A stretch of DNA of 64,000 nt from the IMG/VR virus record IMGVR_UViG_3300038299_000386, positions 2,373-66,372 of that record; one strand, written 5' to 3'. The translations under genes and the position numbers were made by a program. The notes beneath the pieces are model-generated. The model searched no databases. It saw only the letters and a list, made by a program, of their open reading frames with translations, and had not been told where the DNA came from. The stretch is from a virus. This document shows, in pieces, positions 49,852 to 59,718 of this stretch. Position 1 is the first letter of the stretch, and each line of letters opens with the position of its first letter.

Positions 49852-51853
49852 TCATCTTCCTCCCCAAATAAACACGGTAGCCATTCGCAGAAGGAATTAC
49901 TCTCGCATTTAGGTTTCGGGCGTTTCGAGCCCAACCTGCAATTGCACGGGCATTTTCCCTTGAAAAAGTGGATTGTGTGCCAACAAATTTAGAAGCATTT
50001 AGGTTTCGGAAGTAAGTCCTTTTTATGTCGGAATTATGTCGTGGGAAACCACGGCCTCGGAAACGAAATGCACCGCCAGCGCCACCGCCCAATGGTAAAG
50101 CCGTTTGAGATCCTCCCATTCCTGATGATGGTGGAGAACCCCAGCGCCCTCGAGCAGTTTTTACTGGAGCAGCACCTGAAGATTTCATTAGATCCGCACT
50201 GGGCTTGGGTGCGATCTTGCCTGCCCAATTGGGCGCTTCAGGGCTAAGACCGGAACCCGATTTCCAATAAGGCACATAGCCAGGTCCGAATGAAACAGGC
50301 AAAGCCCTAATTCCAATCAATGATTCACGTGTAAATTCTTGAGAATTGTAGCCGGTGGGCTGCCCCAGTGCTGATGCCTTCTCGGGAGTAAATTCAATCT
50401 TTAATTTCGGACCGCTTGGTGTAAGTTCATAAGACCAATTAACAATGTCTGCACGATCCATTGTGTATCCCAAACCCGAATCCACATAAGCTTGCATGAA
50501 TTCCAATTCTATTTTGTATCGGATTGTATCAACGCTCGCATCAGGTGTTTCCCTTGCTAAATTTTCATTATTTCTGGATACAGTATCGGCATCGCGCTTT
50601 ATCTTGGCCGCCTCGGCGTCCTTGCGCTGCTTCTCTCTTTCATCAGCAAGGGCTTTCTGTCTTTTGTCAAATTCTTCTTGCTTATCCAAAGTTTTCCCTT
50701 GGGCTGCCTCGGCACGTAGGTAGTCATCAAGTGATATTTTCCCCTTTTTTCTGGCATTCCCAAGTCCTGCTTCAAGTGCGGCAATTTCCGCTTCGAGATC
50801 CATGACGGCTTGGTTTGTTGGCGCTATTACGTCAGCCGGCTGACTGGGGTTGTATTCTCTGCGGTTGAAGAAACCTTCAGCAGTATTGCCCCATTCGGGT
50901 ACAAAAAAGTCCGGCAGGACAACGTCTAACGTGAATTTATTCCCTACTTCATCAATTACTGCAACGGTATCAGCGCTGGTTTGAGTGAGCACCCACTGAC
51001 CTGACTGCTTTTTGCGTTTGAGGTCAAGATTGGTGAAAATTCTTTGAGTGGCCGAATCGATTGCGTATGCTGAAACCTCTTCAATATCAACAGCAAAGCC
51101 GGGTGCTTTGCCGAAATTTGTGTCATTGTAAACCAAAGTCCGTCCTACAGCAACGTTGAGGTCCTTCCATCCATCTCCCTTTTTAGTTTCAATAATCCAA
51201 GAATTCCGGTCGGGTGAGAGGTAAAGTGTGCCTTTCTGTGAGGCCAAATATAGTGGACCTTCTCTGACGAAATCTCTTTGCAATTGATCAAGTAGTTTAT
51301 CTGAGTTTGAACCCTCATCCATAGCACGTTTGCGGAATTCTTTATTCCACAGCCCACGGGCTAACTTTTTGCTACGGTTGAAAACCCTTTTTGGGTCGTC
51401 TTCGTCTTTGTTTCTCGTCCTATTCAATGCAATGCCTCCCACAGTAGCCAGCCCAACCCCTGCCGCTAAAATTGTGCCTAAGGAAGGCCCATCATTAGCG
51501 CTTGATGAGGATGGAGATGGAGATGATGGTGCAGTTGGAAGATTTGAGGCCTCTACCGATTCAGAAGAATCGCTCATCGCTTTGCTTGTGATCGGTGCAG
51601 TAGTTGTATCAGGCGGGTTTGTGTTAGCAGGCGGGTTGTAGGAGACAGGCTCGCTCTGTGTTGTTGTTGTTCCTTCTGAAGAGTTCGAGCCTGTTCCGGT
51701 ATTTGGGTCAACTTGGTTGGCATCTTCGGTGCCTGTGGAGCCACCCGTTCCGCCTGTTGAACCCGAGGAGGGATCGTTGTCGGTGTCGCTTCCACCCTGG
51801 GTGGGAGAGGTAGTAGTGTATCCGCCGCCGAGATAATTGTATTTTCTTGCCAT
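49844..51853 (-). CDS. Tagged cargo protein (S/T/P-rich N-terminus, hydrophobic segment, C-terminal tag)
   Basis: RTYFRNLNASKF...AGWARNARNLNARVIPSANGYRVYLG. Confidence 0.9.
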   Translation of the reverse strand: MARKYNYLGGGYTTTSPTQGGSDTDNDPSSGSTGGTGGSTGTEDANQVDPNTGTGSNSSEGTTTTQSEPVSYNPPANTNPPDTTTAPITSKAMSDSSESVEASNLPTAPSSPSPSSSSANDGPSLGTILAAGVGLATVGGIALNRTRNKDEDDPKRVFNRSKKLARGLWNKEFRKRAMDEGSNSDKLLDQLQRDFVREGPLYLASQKGTLYLSPDRNSWIIETKKGDGWKDLNVAVGRTLVYNDTNFGKAPGFAVDIEEVSAYAIDSATQRIFTNLDLKRKKQSGQWVLTQTSADTVAVIDEVGNKFTLDVVLPDFFVPEWGNTAEGFFNRREYNPSQPADVIAPTNQAVMDLEAEIAALEAGLGNARKKGKISLDDYLRAEAAQGKTLDKQEEFDKRQKALADEREKQRKDAEAAKIKRDADTVSRNNENLARETPDASVDTIRYKIELEFMQAYVDSGLGYTMDRADIVNWSYELTPSGPKLKIEFTPEKASALGQPTGYNSQEFTRESLIGIRALPVSFGPGYVPYWKSGSGLSPEAPNWAGKIAPKPSADLMKSSGAAPVKTARGRWGSPPSSGMGGSQTALPLGGGAGGAFRFRGRGFPRHNSDIKRTYFRNLNASKFVGTQSTFSRENARAIAGWARNARNLNARVIPSANGYRVYLGRKMNG

Positions 51854-51855
51854 CT

Positions 51856-52509
51856 TCACCACCCCGTAGTAGGATCTCCGTCAAAATCTGCCGCTGAACC
51901 GAAGAAACCTGCAGCACAGCCAATAGCACCGCCAAGAAGCGGTCCGCCGAATATGCCGATTCCTGCGGTTAATGGTGATGTAGAAAGTCCCAAGGCCAGA
52001 CCTGTTGCGGCGCCGGCTGTAGCTCCAGCAGCACAGCCCGCGCCATCTGAAAGCAAACCTTCGTTTGGCGGGCCGTAATTGCCAAAACCATACGCTTGTG
52101 GGCTTCCGTAATCGACATAATCTTCAGGTAAATCGTTTGATGAAATATCGGGCTGGCCGTCTCCATCAAGGTCAATCATAACGGGGTCATTGGATAGGCC
52201 AAATAAATTCGTTTGAACAGCAACAAGACCGAGAATCAGGACCATTATTGTCAAAGGGAATCCGAAGCCGGTAAAAACGCCGCCCTGTTCACCGTCTTCG
52301 TCCGAACCAAGTAAAATTGCAATAAAGATGCTAATGCCTATGATCGCTACGATTCCAACCGTGCTCCATTCCGTGAAAGCCCAACTGGCAATGTCAATTT
52401 CAAGGAGACGAAAAAGGGCAATGACGCCAATCAGCAGAAGCCCAAAGACGACGATTCCGCCACCGAACACCAATTCGTCGAGTTCTAAATCATCATCGTC
52501 TTGCGCCAC
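51856..52509 (-). CDS. 3-TM protein with DxDxDG loop and glycine-zipper C-terminus
   Basis: DLDGDGQPD; GAGCAAGATAGAATGLALG...GGAIGCAAG; GGTGA RBS. Confidence 0.8.
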   Translation of the reverse strand: MAQDDDDLELDELVFGGGIVVFGLLLIGVIALFRLLEIDIASWAFTEWSTVGIVAIIGISIFIAILLGSDEDGEQGGVFTGFGFPLTIMVLILGLVAVQTNLFGLSNDPVMIDLDGDGQPDISSNDLPEDYVDYGSPQAYGFGNYGPPNEGLLSDGAGCAAGATAGAATGLALGLSTSPLTAGIGIFGGPLLGGAIGCAAGFFGSAADFDGDPTTGW

Positions 52510-52513
52510 AGAA

Positions 52514-52570
52514 TCACCAATGTTTGCGAGGGGTTCGGGCTTTCAGCCTTGAATATGCGACGCTCCCCAT
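52514..52570 (-). CDS. Putative leaderless 18-aa basic peptide
   Basis: MGSVAYSRLKARTPRKHW; ATG 56 nt from AAAGTGTGC motif; stop overlaps GGTGA RBS of next gene. Confidence 0.35.
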   Translation of the reverse strand: MGSVAYSRLKARTPRKHW

Positions 52571-52634
52571 GCGTTGCGTTATTCCCGTTTCACTTTTGAT
52601 GATTTGCGAACAGAAGGCATCATAAGCACACTTT

Positions 52635-54758
52635 TCACGGTACTTTTTTTGCTACGTAAATTCGATGCCCACCTTTAGCAGAAATGACCCTTGCATAAAG
52701 GCCTCTTTGCTTGGCGTGACTGGCGAGGGCTTTCGCATGATGTTTTTTCAACAGCCTGTTAGACCCATGATACCTTTTTCCCGATAGATTACGATAATAT
52801 GTGCGGCGGGGTTGCGTGCGGCTCGGATGGTCATACGTTATCCAGGGGTTGTTATAATCTGCAACAGCTTCGGGATTCCCACTTATTCTGGCAGGGTCTC
52901 GAAGATCGGTCATGGTTGTTAGGGCTGGTACGTTGCCCATAATCGATTTTACTACAGAGTCTACATCGAAGCCGCCAACCGGCTGTCCTTCCTCTATTTG
53001 AGCGAGCGCTACCGCATCCTTTTCTCTCCTTACCTCTCTCGAGGCCATCAAGATTGAACGCAACATGATTTGATATTTTCGCCCTGTTTCTGTATCTGCT
53101 ATTTCCGGCAAATTCCCGTAGCGTCCATCATGATAAACGAGGTTAGGCGCCGAACCGCCCAACCCTACTTGCAAGTCTTTGGGTTCAACCAAACCCTGTG
53201 CAGATGGATCATACGCCAATTCATAGAGAAAGTCTTCGTTGGAACCCAAGTAATCAACCCAGGTGCTTTCAATAAATTCTGCATTCTGGCGATACCGAGA
53301 GGCCGTTTCCAATATTATGTTTGACAATGCGGCCTCTCCAATTGAAAACCTCCCCTGAAGGCCTTCCGTCCCGTCCACAGTTCTTCGAAATACGTCATAT
53401 TCATCCTCGGTCAAAGCGTTGATTATCCCGAAAACCTCTTGATCATCAAGTTCGGCGGCAGATTTAACCACCGGATCATCTGTTAGTGACGGGGGGATTG
53501 CTGCACGAGTTATTCTTCGTATTTCGTTGTAATCCTCGGTACTTGGAATTCTCATCGGATGAGCATATAGAAAATCTTGAGAGAGGTAGGGCCCATACCC
53601 GAGGCTTCCACCATCTGAATTGGAAAAGGCTGCTCGCGGGTCCTTCATCCACAAGCGCTCAATCGGTTCTACCGTTCCTCCCGAACGATAAAGGCGGTCA
53701 AAGATACTGATTGGGTCATAGAAGTAATCCTCATCTGAAGCCCAGGAGAACATCAATTTATTCTGGGCTGATATAGATGGCTCATAGGGATAGAGTTTCA
53801 TGTCTTGTTGCCCTAACCTCATGAGGTAATCTTCAATATCCCCTCTCTTGGCCTCTATGGTGTTGTAAAAGTCAGCATAGGGTATTTTGCCCTCACTGTC
53901 TGGTAGCAGCAACCAACCATCATAACCATACCTGTTTCTGGTATAATTCTCACGTATGAGGTTGTTTCCCGCTAAGCCAGAATCGGGGTCGTAGGGTGTT
54001 GTCTCGGAGACATAGACAATTTCTTCTGTAATTGGATCGGCAAGAACTAAGTTGAAACCATACGAATATATGTTATCCGAATCCATAGTTTCTTTCGGTG
54101 CAGTCACCAAAGAATCTATGTCAAACCTGTCGTTAAAGCGGTCACCTACATCTGGCATCCCCTCCTCGTTCCAACTGTTGTAAATACCAACCAAATATTG
54201 TGTTGAATCATTCGGTTGGGGAAACCTGCGATTGTAGCCTTGTTCCCGAAGCTTCTTGAGAAGTTCTTGATCGAAAGCATTGTTGGCTCTCATCTTTCTA
54301 ATTTTTTGTTCATAATCTTTAATGTCGGATTCCGTCTTTGATATTCCGCTTTTTAGATTGTTCGTGGCATTTTGAATCCGATTGTTTCCAAACGGCTTCA
54401 TTGCTGATTGCGAACGTATGAATGATTTCTTGGTGCGGTTGCCCGTCCTCCATACCGTGAGTAATGCGCCGTTTCTCCTTGTAGATTTAGCAGTAGTGCC
54501 AGAATCCATAATCATCCCCTCGGAACTCAATGAATTGATGAGCGCACCCAGCACCCTTCGGTTATCCGGCTCTTGTATAGTGCCCTGTTGTATTGCTGGC
54601 TCAAGCACCTCCCGCCAAATATCGTCTGTCGTGAACAACGTATTTCCCAAGACGTAATCGGAAATCAAGCCTTGTGCCTTTCCACCGGATCTCCAATCCG
54701 CTTTAGCCGAAGCCTGGGCATCGAGCGCTCGTCTAATTCCTCTTTCAGAAGGCGTCAT
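52635..54758 (-). CDS. Tagged cargo protein (N-terminal phage wHTH-like domain, C-terminal tag)
   Basis: FTTDDIW...RVLGALI...VWR; GYNRR linker; RTYYRNLSGKRY...ASHAKQRGLYARVISAKGGHRIYV. Confidence 0.9.
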   Translation of the reverse strand: MTPSERGIRRALDAQASAKADWRSGGKAQGLISDYVLGNTLFTTDDIWREVLEPAIQQGTIQEPDNRRVLGALINSLSSEGMIMDSGTTAKSTRRNGALLTVWRTGNRTKKSFIRSQSAMKPFGNNRIQNATNNLKSGISKTESDIKDYEQKIRKMRANNAFDQELLKKLREQGYNRRFPQPNDSTQYLVGIYNSWNEEGMPDVGDRFNDRFDIDSLVTAPKETMDSDNIYSYGFNLVLADPITEEIVYVSETTPYDPDSGLAGNNLIRENYTRNRYGYDGWLLLPDSEGKIPYADFYNTIEAKRGDIEDYLMRLGQQDMKLYPYEPSISAQNKLMFSWASDEDYFYDPISIFDRLYRSGGTVEPIERLWMKDPRAAFSNSDGGSLGYGPYLSQDFLYAHPMRIPSTEDYNEIRRITRAAIPPSLTDDPVVKSAAELDDQEVFGIINALTEDEYDVFRRTVDGTEGLQGRFSIGEAALSNIILETASRYRQNAEFIESTWVDYLGSNEDFLYELAYDPSAQGLVEPKDLQVGLGGSAPNLVYHDGRYGNLPEIADTETGRKYQIMLRSILMASREVRREKDAVALAQIEEGQPVGGFDVDSVVKSIMGNVPALTTMTDLRDPARISGNPEAVADYNNPWITYDHPSRTQPRRTYYRNLSGKRYHGSNRLLKKHHAKALASHAKQRGLYARVISAKGGHRIYVAKKVP

Positions 54759-56437
54759 CGACGCACCTCACTCATGTAAGTTCGCCCTGGTCTTGGACCG
54801 GTTCCGCGGTTCAAAAATTGATTGATAGTCATCCCTTGTTTTGCTGCTTCTTCAGTAAGTATTCTGTTTGCCTCTTGGAGTTTGACTTGCATTTCGAAAG
54901 GCAATGTAACTTCTTGAGTTTCTTCGTTATACATCACATTTTCGTTAGCAATGTTTTGCATGAAATTCATTGCATCATTTAGGCTCATTTGTTCAGCCCG
55001 TTCTAACATTGTGACCCTCATTTTCATTTTTTCAATATCTTCTTTCGGGATGAAACGGTTGGCATACACTTCATGCACGTCGCTTTGCCTAATTGATTGC
55101 TGGGCGGTTCCGCGCTTTCGAGCGTTTAGAAGTTGCTCCATAGCTTGAAATTGATAAAAGGCGAAATCGGGCATCAAACCGGATTTTTCTTGGTCGATTG
55201 TGATTGACATGTCTGAAGGTCCCTCTCTCTCCCGATACACTTTGCCAGCGTTGGGTCCGATCCTTTTCATGTAAAAATCTCCAGGTTTGCCGGATGAATC
55301 CATGATGATTCCGTCAAGATTTGGTACTTCGACGCTTTCTCCATGAACTCGAACTCTCTTGTTGTATCGCCTTCGCTCGTAGGCCTTTTTGATTGACTCA
55401 AGGGAGATGACGTCCATACTTCCATCTCTCATGGCATTTAGCCAAGAATCCGTTATCTTGCGGTCAATCTTTGCTTCCACAGTTGCCCCGCCTATTCCGG
55501 GGAACGTGATCATTACTTGATCGACCTTGTCAAGAGGCTCTACGCGAATCTTTGGTTCTTCAGTTACTGAAGAGGGGTCGATATAACTCTCCCATTCGGT
55601 GTAAATAAGGGGTGACTCGGACATTAGAGGATACTTTATCGAAGCGAGAAGTGAATGTTCGGACATGCCATTGCTCCTCAAATACAATACCAATGATTCT
55701 TGGACTGCTTGGTCAATAGAATCTAACCAAGTTGAGTAAGCCTGACTAATGATGCTTTGCGGCTTGTTTATTTCTGCAATGAGTTCTTCATCAGTCATGC
55801 TTCTGTATTCCAAGAGTAGCGGATTGTCTGATGATTGTATGAATGATTTTGTGCTTTGAAACGCCTTATTCCTAACTTGCCCCTGTAATCGAGAAATTAC
55901 GGTCACACCATCCTGGTATTGATAACTGTAAATCTCGGCCCATTGTTCTTCGGTGAGGTTGCTTTTCCCTAATTCAAATCCTTGCATATTCATATTTTGC
56001 ATGGATTGCTTGCCCAATTCGGCAAGTTCTTGGCTATGCAGGTCGATTTGGTCGGTGAACTCTTTTATCTCTTTAATTTGTTCGCGAGCTATCGCCTTTT
56101 GATTCTCGTTCAGATTTGGCGCCAATTCCACTACCCGCTTTTTCGTCATACGGACAAATTCTTGAGGGAATGCTTTTGTCAATTCCTTGTTGCTGTTGAG
56201 AATCGCCCCTAATGCAACAGGGAATACCTCTGTTCGCATTGGATCTGTCTCGGGAATCGGACGATTATATCTCCGGCGAACAAAAAGAGAACTGGAGTTA
56301 GCATTCTGTATCACTCTTGCGTTCCACCCATTTTTTCTTGCTAAGTCGGCGAACCCTTGCAACTTTCGTGTTGCTGTCTTGGGCGCATTTAATGCCCTGT
56401 TGTAAGTCTTCTTCTCAAATCGTCGTGTAGGCTTCAT
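54755..56437 (-). CDS. Tagged cargo protein (N-terminal tag)
   Basis: RRFEKKTY...ADLARKNGWNARVIQ; RRYNR and RRYNK linkers. Confidence 0.9.
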   Translation of the reverse strand: MKPTRRFEKKTYNRALNAPKTATRKLQGFADLARKNGWNARVIQNANSSSLFVRRRYNRPIPETDPMRTEVFPVALGAILNSNKELTKAFPQEFVRMTKKRVVELAPNLNENQKAIAREQIKEIKEFTDQIDLHSQELAELGKQSMQNMNMQGFELGKSNLTEEQWAEIYSYQYQDGVTVISRLQGQVRNKAFQSTKSFIQSSDNPLLLEYRSMTDEELIAEINKPQSIISQAYSTWLDSIDQAVQESLVLYLRSNGMSEHSLLASIKYPLMSESPLIYTEWESYIDPSSVTEEPKIRVEPLDKVDQVMITFPGIGGATVEAKIDRKITDSWLNAMRDGSMDVISLESIKKAYERRRYNKRVRVHGESVEVPNLDGIIMDSSGKPGDFYMKRIGPNAGKVYREREGPSDMSITIDQEKSGLMPDFAFYQFQAMEQLLNARKRGTAQQSIRQSDVHEVYANRFIPKEDIEKMKMRVTMLERAEQMSLNDAMNFMQNIANENVMYNEETQEVTLPFEMQVKLQEANRILTEEAAKQGMTINQFLNRGTGPRPGRTYMSEVRR

Positions 56438-56450
56438 TCATCAGCCCACC

Positions 56451-57416
56451 TTACTTGTATTTGGATTTGCGTGGTTTCACTTTCGGCCTTCTCAGCAGCC
56501 AAAGCGCCTTTGGATTAGCAGATGACGGGTAAACTTCGTTGTCCTTTGAAACGCGTAAGGATTGGACGAGTGCAGTTGTTTTCTCTTCGGTTTGATCCAA
56601 AGCCCAATTGACACCATCTTTGATTCCAACGTCCAATACGTTTCGGCGTACTAATTTGGCGCCGACAAATCCACCTGCTACGGCGAGAGGAACCCAGGGC
56701 ATTGCTGCAAGACCTGCTGAAGTAAGGGCGATGCCTCCAACGGCACCGGTGGTTGCCCCAGCAATCTCCAATGAGTTGTATCGCAGAACCTCTCTACCGG
56801 GAACGGGCAATTTGTAGTCTTCGACCGCAGCCTCATATTTCGAGGCTTTCAATTTCTCACGTTTGATTTCAAGCTCTTCCTCGGTTTCCTTGTCCTTCTT
56901 TTCCTGTTTAGCAAATGCTACTGCAGATTCTCGGTTTTTTGAACTAAGTTTTTCTGCAATTATTTGTGCCTCAGTCATCGATTTACCTTTCACTAATGCT
57001 TGGTCCCTGTAATCGATGAAGTCCTCGACCTGCTCGAGATCTCTTTTGTCGCCCTTTGAACGAGAGCGACGCCTAAAGATACCCCTTCGTGGACCGGAAT
57101 TTTTGATTCTCCCCGAGGATTCATATTCTTCAACCAGGCTGAGTATTGTTCTTTTCCTCTTCTTAGGATAAGCTCTCGGCTGGATAGAAAGGTGTAGATC
57201 GCTGGTGCTCATCCTAACGCTCTGTGGCCGATGATAGTATAATTGGTAACCTACAAGTCTTTTATTGCCCTTAACGGTCTTTTCAACAGGGATGACTCTG
57301 GCTTTCAGGCCATTTGCACGAGACATCTTTGCCGCCAATTGTGCTTTTTCTTTGGTTTGAAGTTCACCAATGGGCGTGTACAGGCGGTTGTCGAACTTGC
57401 GTGAACCCCGCCTCAT
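56451..57416 (-). CDS. Tagged cargo protein (N-terminal tag, glycine-rich hydrophobic hairpin)
   Basis: RKFDNRLY...AAKMSRANGLKARVIP...GYQLYY; AGATTGAVGGIAL...VAGGFVGA; AAAGTGTGC 57 nt upstream. Confidence 0.88.
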   Translation of the reverse strand: MRRGSRKFDNRLYTPIGELQTKEKAQLAAKMSRANGLKARVIPVEKTVKGNKRLVGYQLYYHRPQSVRMSTSDLHLSIQPRAYPKKRKRTILSLVEEYESSGRIKNSGPRRGIFRRRSRSKGDKRDLEQVEDFIDYRDQALVKGKSMTEAQIIAEKLSSKNRESAVAFAKQEKKDKETEEELEIKREKLKASKYEAAVEDYKLPVPGREVLRYNSLEIAGATTGAVGGIALTSAGLAAMPWVPLAVAGGFVGAKLVRRNVLDVGIKDGVNWALDQTEEKTTALVQSLRVSKDNEVYPSSANPKALWLLRRPKVKPRKSKYK

Positions 57417-57480
57417 GCGAACTATTTGTTGGTTAGTTGCTTATGTTGGTTCCCCATGCGGAAAGGGAATATGCACACTT

Positions 57481-58974
57481 TCAATCAATATTCCATATCG
57501 CCGAATCTGTTGGTTCTCCGTCGTAAAATGCTTGAAGGAAGTTTCCAGCGAGTTGCTGAATTCCGGCTGCCTTATCTTTCATGAAAGATGGATCTGTTGA
57601 TTCGTTACCTTCACCAATCAATCCATACGGAATAACTTCGGCAAGTGGTTCGTCTGTAATCAAATCAAATCCTGTGTCGAGGAAGTCTGTTGCTACTCCC
57701 GACAACCCGGTTGCCCCAGTATCTGTTCGGTATCTTACCAAATTAGGCGCTTTGAGCCAACTTACGCCCTGTAAGTTGAGAAAATCATAACCGATGCCCC
57801 TTTCGAACATTCGCTTAGTTTCTTCTGCAAGCAAAGGAAACATTCGCATGATCTCCGAAGGAGGCCGGCCTCCCATTGGGTCGCGCCTCACCCACGCTTC
57901 CCTTCCGCCGAACAATAGCGTTAAGCCTCTATTTGTTTTATCCAATTCCTCTTGGTCAGGAAAAACCTCATCACCATACTCCAGTGGCTCTGGTTGAGCA
58001 TATCTGGTCAAGGCATTTCCAAACCGTGTATCACTGCTTGAAGTTTTTAGTAGAGCTTGTCGGATAAATTCATCCACTTGGTATTCAGGAAGATAACTGT
58101 CAATCTGCGGCAACCAGCGACGTAGCATCCTTGCCCTCGCATCCAAATCACCCGCCAAAAACACGTTGTCAGTCACTAACATTTCAGAATCAAAACCGGC
58201 TTCTATCGGCCTATCTTTTGCGATTAGGTCGTTTTCGAACAAAATATATCGGTCTTCGGAATCCAAATCGTCAGATATTGCATAGACCATTTGTTGCCCA
58301 TCAACATTCAACCTTCCAGTGACGTCTCGGGCTAAGAATTTTCCTTGCCATGTGGGATTCATTGTTTCAAGTTCATCATACATATCCTCATTTTGTGCAT
58401 GCCATAATTCTCCATTTGATTTTCGTTCCGATCCGTACCACTTACCAATGGCTGAATCAGAATTTACATCAAAACCCAAATCCTTCAAATGCTTTTTAGC
58501 GATGTTGCTCGGCATCAAACCAACTCCCATAAGCCCAATATTTTCATTTTTCAAAACCCCATCCTGAGTGGAGTCTTCTTTGTCGACGAAACCGATTGCA
58601 ACCCATCTTAGGTCGTCGGATTTTTTGTAAGATGTGTTTTTCCAATCGTAAAAATCCTGTAAGACCTTGAAAACTCGGGGTGTGAAATTTCTTTCATCCT
58701 CAAGTCCAGCATTTGAGGGGTTAGGCATCATCCTTTCAGAGAACCAAAAACCGCCGGCAGCACCTGGCAACGCCTTTTCCACATCATCAGTCATTTTCCG
58801 ACGATCATATCTTTTGCTCCCGACGTAAATCCTCGAATTGCCGTCTGAAGTTCGTACGACCATCGAGTTGTAGCCCCTTTGACGTATTGCCTCAGCGAGG
58901 AACCTGGCTTTCGGAACGCTAATTTTGTGGGGCGAACCTACATAACGTCCGCTTTTGGTGTTTCTGTAAAACAA
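57481..58974 (-). CDS. Tagged cargo protein (N-terminal tag)
   Basis: YRNTKSGRYVG...AEAIRQRGYNSMVV...RIYVGSKRYDRR. Confidence 0.88.
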   Translation of the reverse strand: MFYRNTKSGRYVGSPHKISVPKARFLAEAIRQRGYNSMVVRTSDGNSRIYVGSKRYDRRKMTDDVEKALPGAAGGFWFSERMMPNPSNAGLEDERNFTPRVFKVLQDFYDWKNTSYKKSDDLRWVAIGFVDKEDSTQDGVLKNENIGLMGVGLMPSNIAKKHLKDLGFDVNSDSAIGKWYGSERKSNGELWHAQNEDMYDELETMNPTWQGKFLARDVTGRLNVDGQQMVYAISDDLDSEDRYILFENDLIAKDRPIEAGFDSEMLVTDNVFLAGDLDARARMLRRWLPQIDSYLPEYQVDEFIRQALLKTSSSDTRFGNALTRYAQPEPLEYGDEVFPDQEELDKTNRGLTLLFGGREAWVRRDPMGGRPPSEIMRMFPLLAEETKRMFERGIGYDFLNLQGVSWLKAPNLVRYRTDTGATGLSGVATDFLDTGFDLITDEPLAEVIPYGLIGEGNESTDPSFMKDKAAGIQQLAGNFLQAFYDGEPTDSAIWNID

Positions 58975-58977
58975 AGT

Positions 58978-59718
58978 TCAACCTCGCTTTCTGTAGAATA
59001 TTCGGTGTGATTTCACAGTGTTGGCGGAGTTGCCTCCATCAAAAGTTGGCCCCAGCGTCTTTTTTGGCATCGATATTTGAGTGTCCCATATATCGAATCT
59101 TCTCATCCCATTCGGGATTAAGTTATGCTTCGACCACGTAATTCCGCCGTCATCAATAGCTTGTTCAAGTATTTCTGAACCCTGTTCGGGGCGAAGTGAG
59201 AACTTAACCCTGGTTGGCCTCCCCATGCTCGGGCGGTATAACTTCGAATTCAATTCCAATTCGCGCTGATCAAACGGCTCTGCTTTGAATTTGAAAGGAG
59301 TCGATTTAGATTTCAACCAACTATCATTGGTTAATTTTGCAGTCCCAATTACTTGGTAGTGGCCCTTATTGTCATCAAAGTGTGCCTGTGCCCAAGAGTA
59401 GTCAATTTTTTCATGCTTCTTAGGATGGATGAAAAGTCCATAACGCGGGGTTTGGTGCAGCCTATCTCTCGCCATAGGCACTATTCTTGCGTAATATGAA
59501 CCGTTTTGTTCTCCACCCATGTAGGGCGCCCGCATAAGGGCGGCGACTGCCCTCAATCTCTCCTTGTCAGATGAAACTCCGAAGAGTCTGAATGATCTCT
59601 GGCCGTCTTGAGTCTTCATCTTGCGAAAAAGAACATCGTCAGGCCAATTTCTCGTCCTTATGCTTCCAGCATTTCTGCTTTCATAGGGTCCAACAAAATT
59701 TGGGCTTTGGCGAGTCAT
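58978..59718 (-). CDS. Tagged cargo protein (FRLFG subfamily tag)
   Basis: SFRLFG...YYARIVPM...RYGLFIHPK. Confidence 0.85.
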   Translation of the reverse strand: MTRQSPNFVGPYESRNAGSIRTRNWPDDVLFRKMKTQDGQRSFRLFGVSSDKERLRAVAALMRAPYMGGEQNGSYYARIVPMARDRLHQTPRYGLFIHPKKHEKIDYSWAQAHFDDNKGHYQVIGTAKLTNDSWLKSKSTPFKFKAEPFDQRELELNSKLYRPSMGRPTRVKFSLRPEQGSEILEQAIDDGGITWSKHNLIPNGMRRFDIWDTQISMPKKTLGPTFDGGNSANTVKSHRIFYRKRG

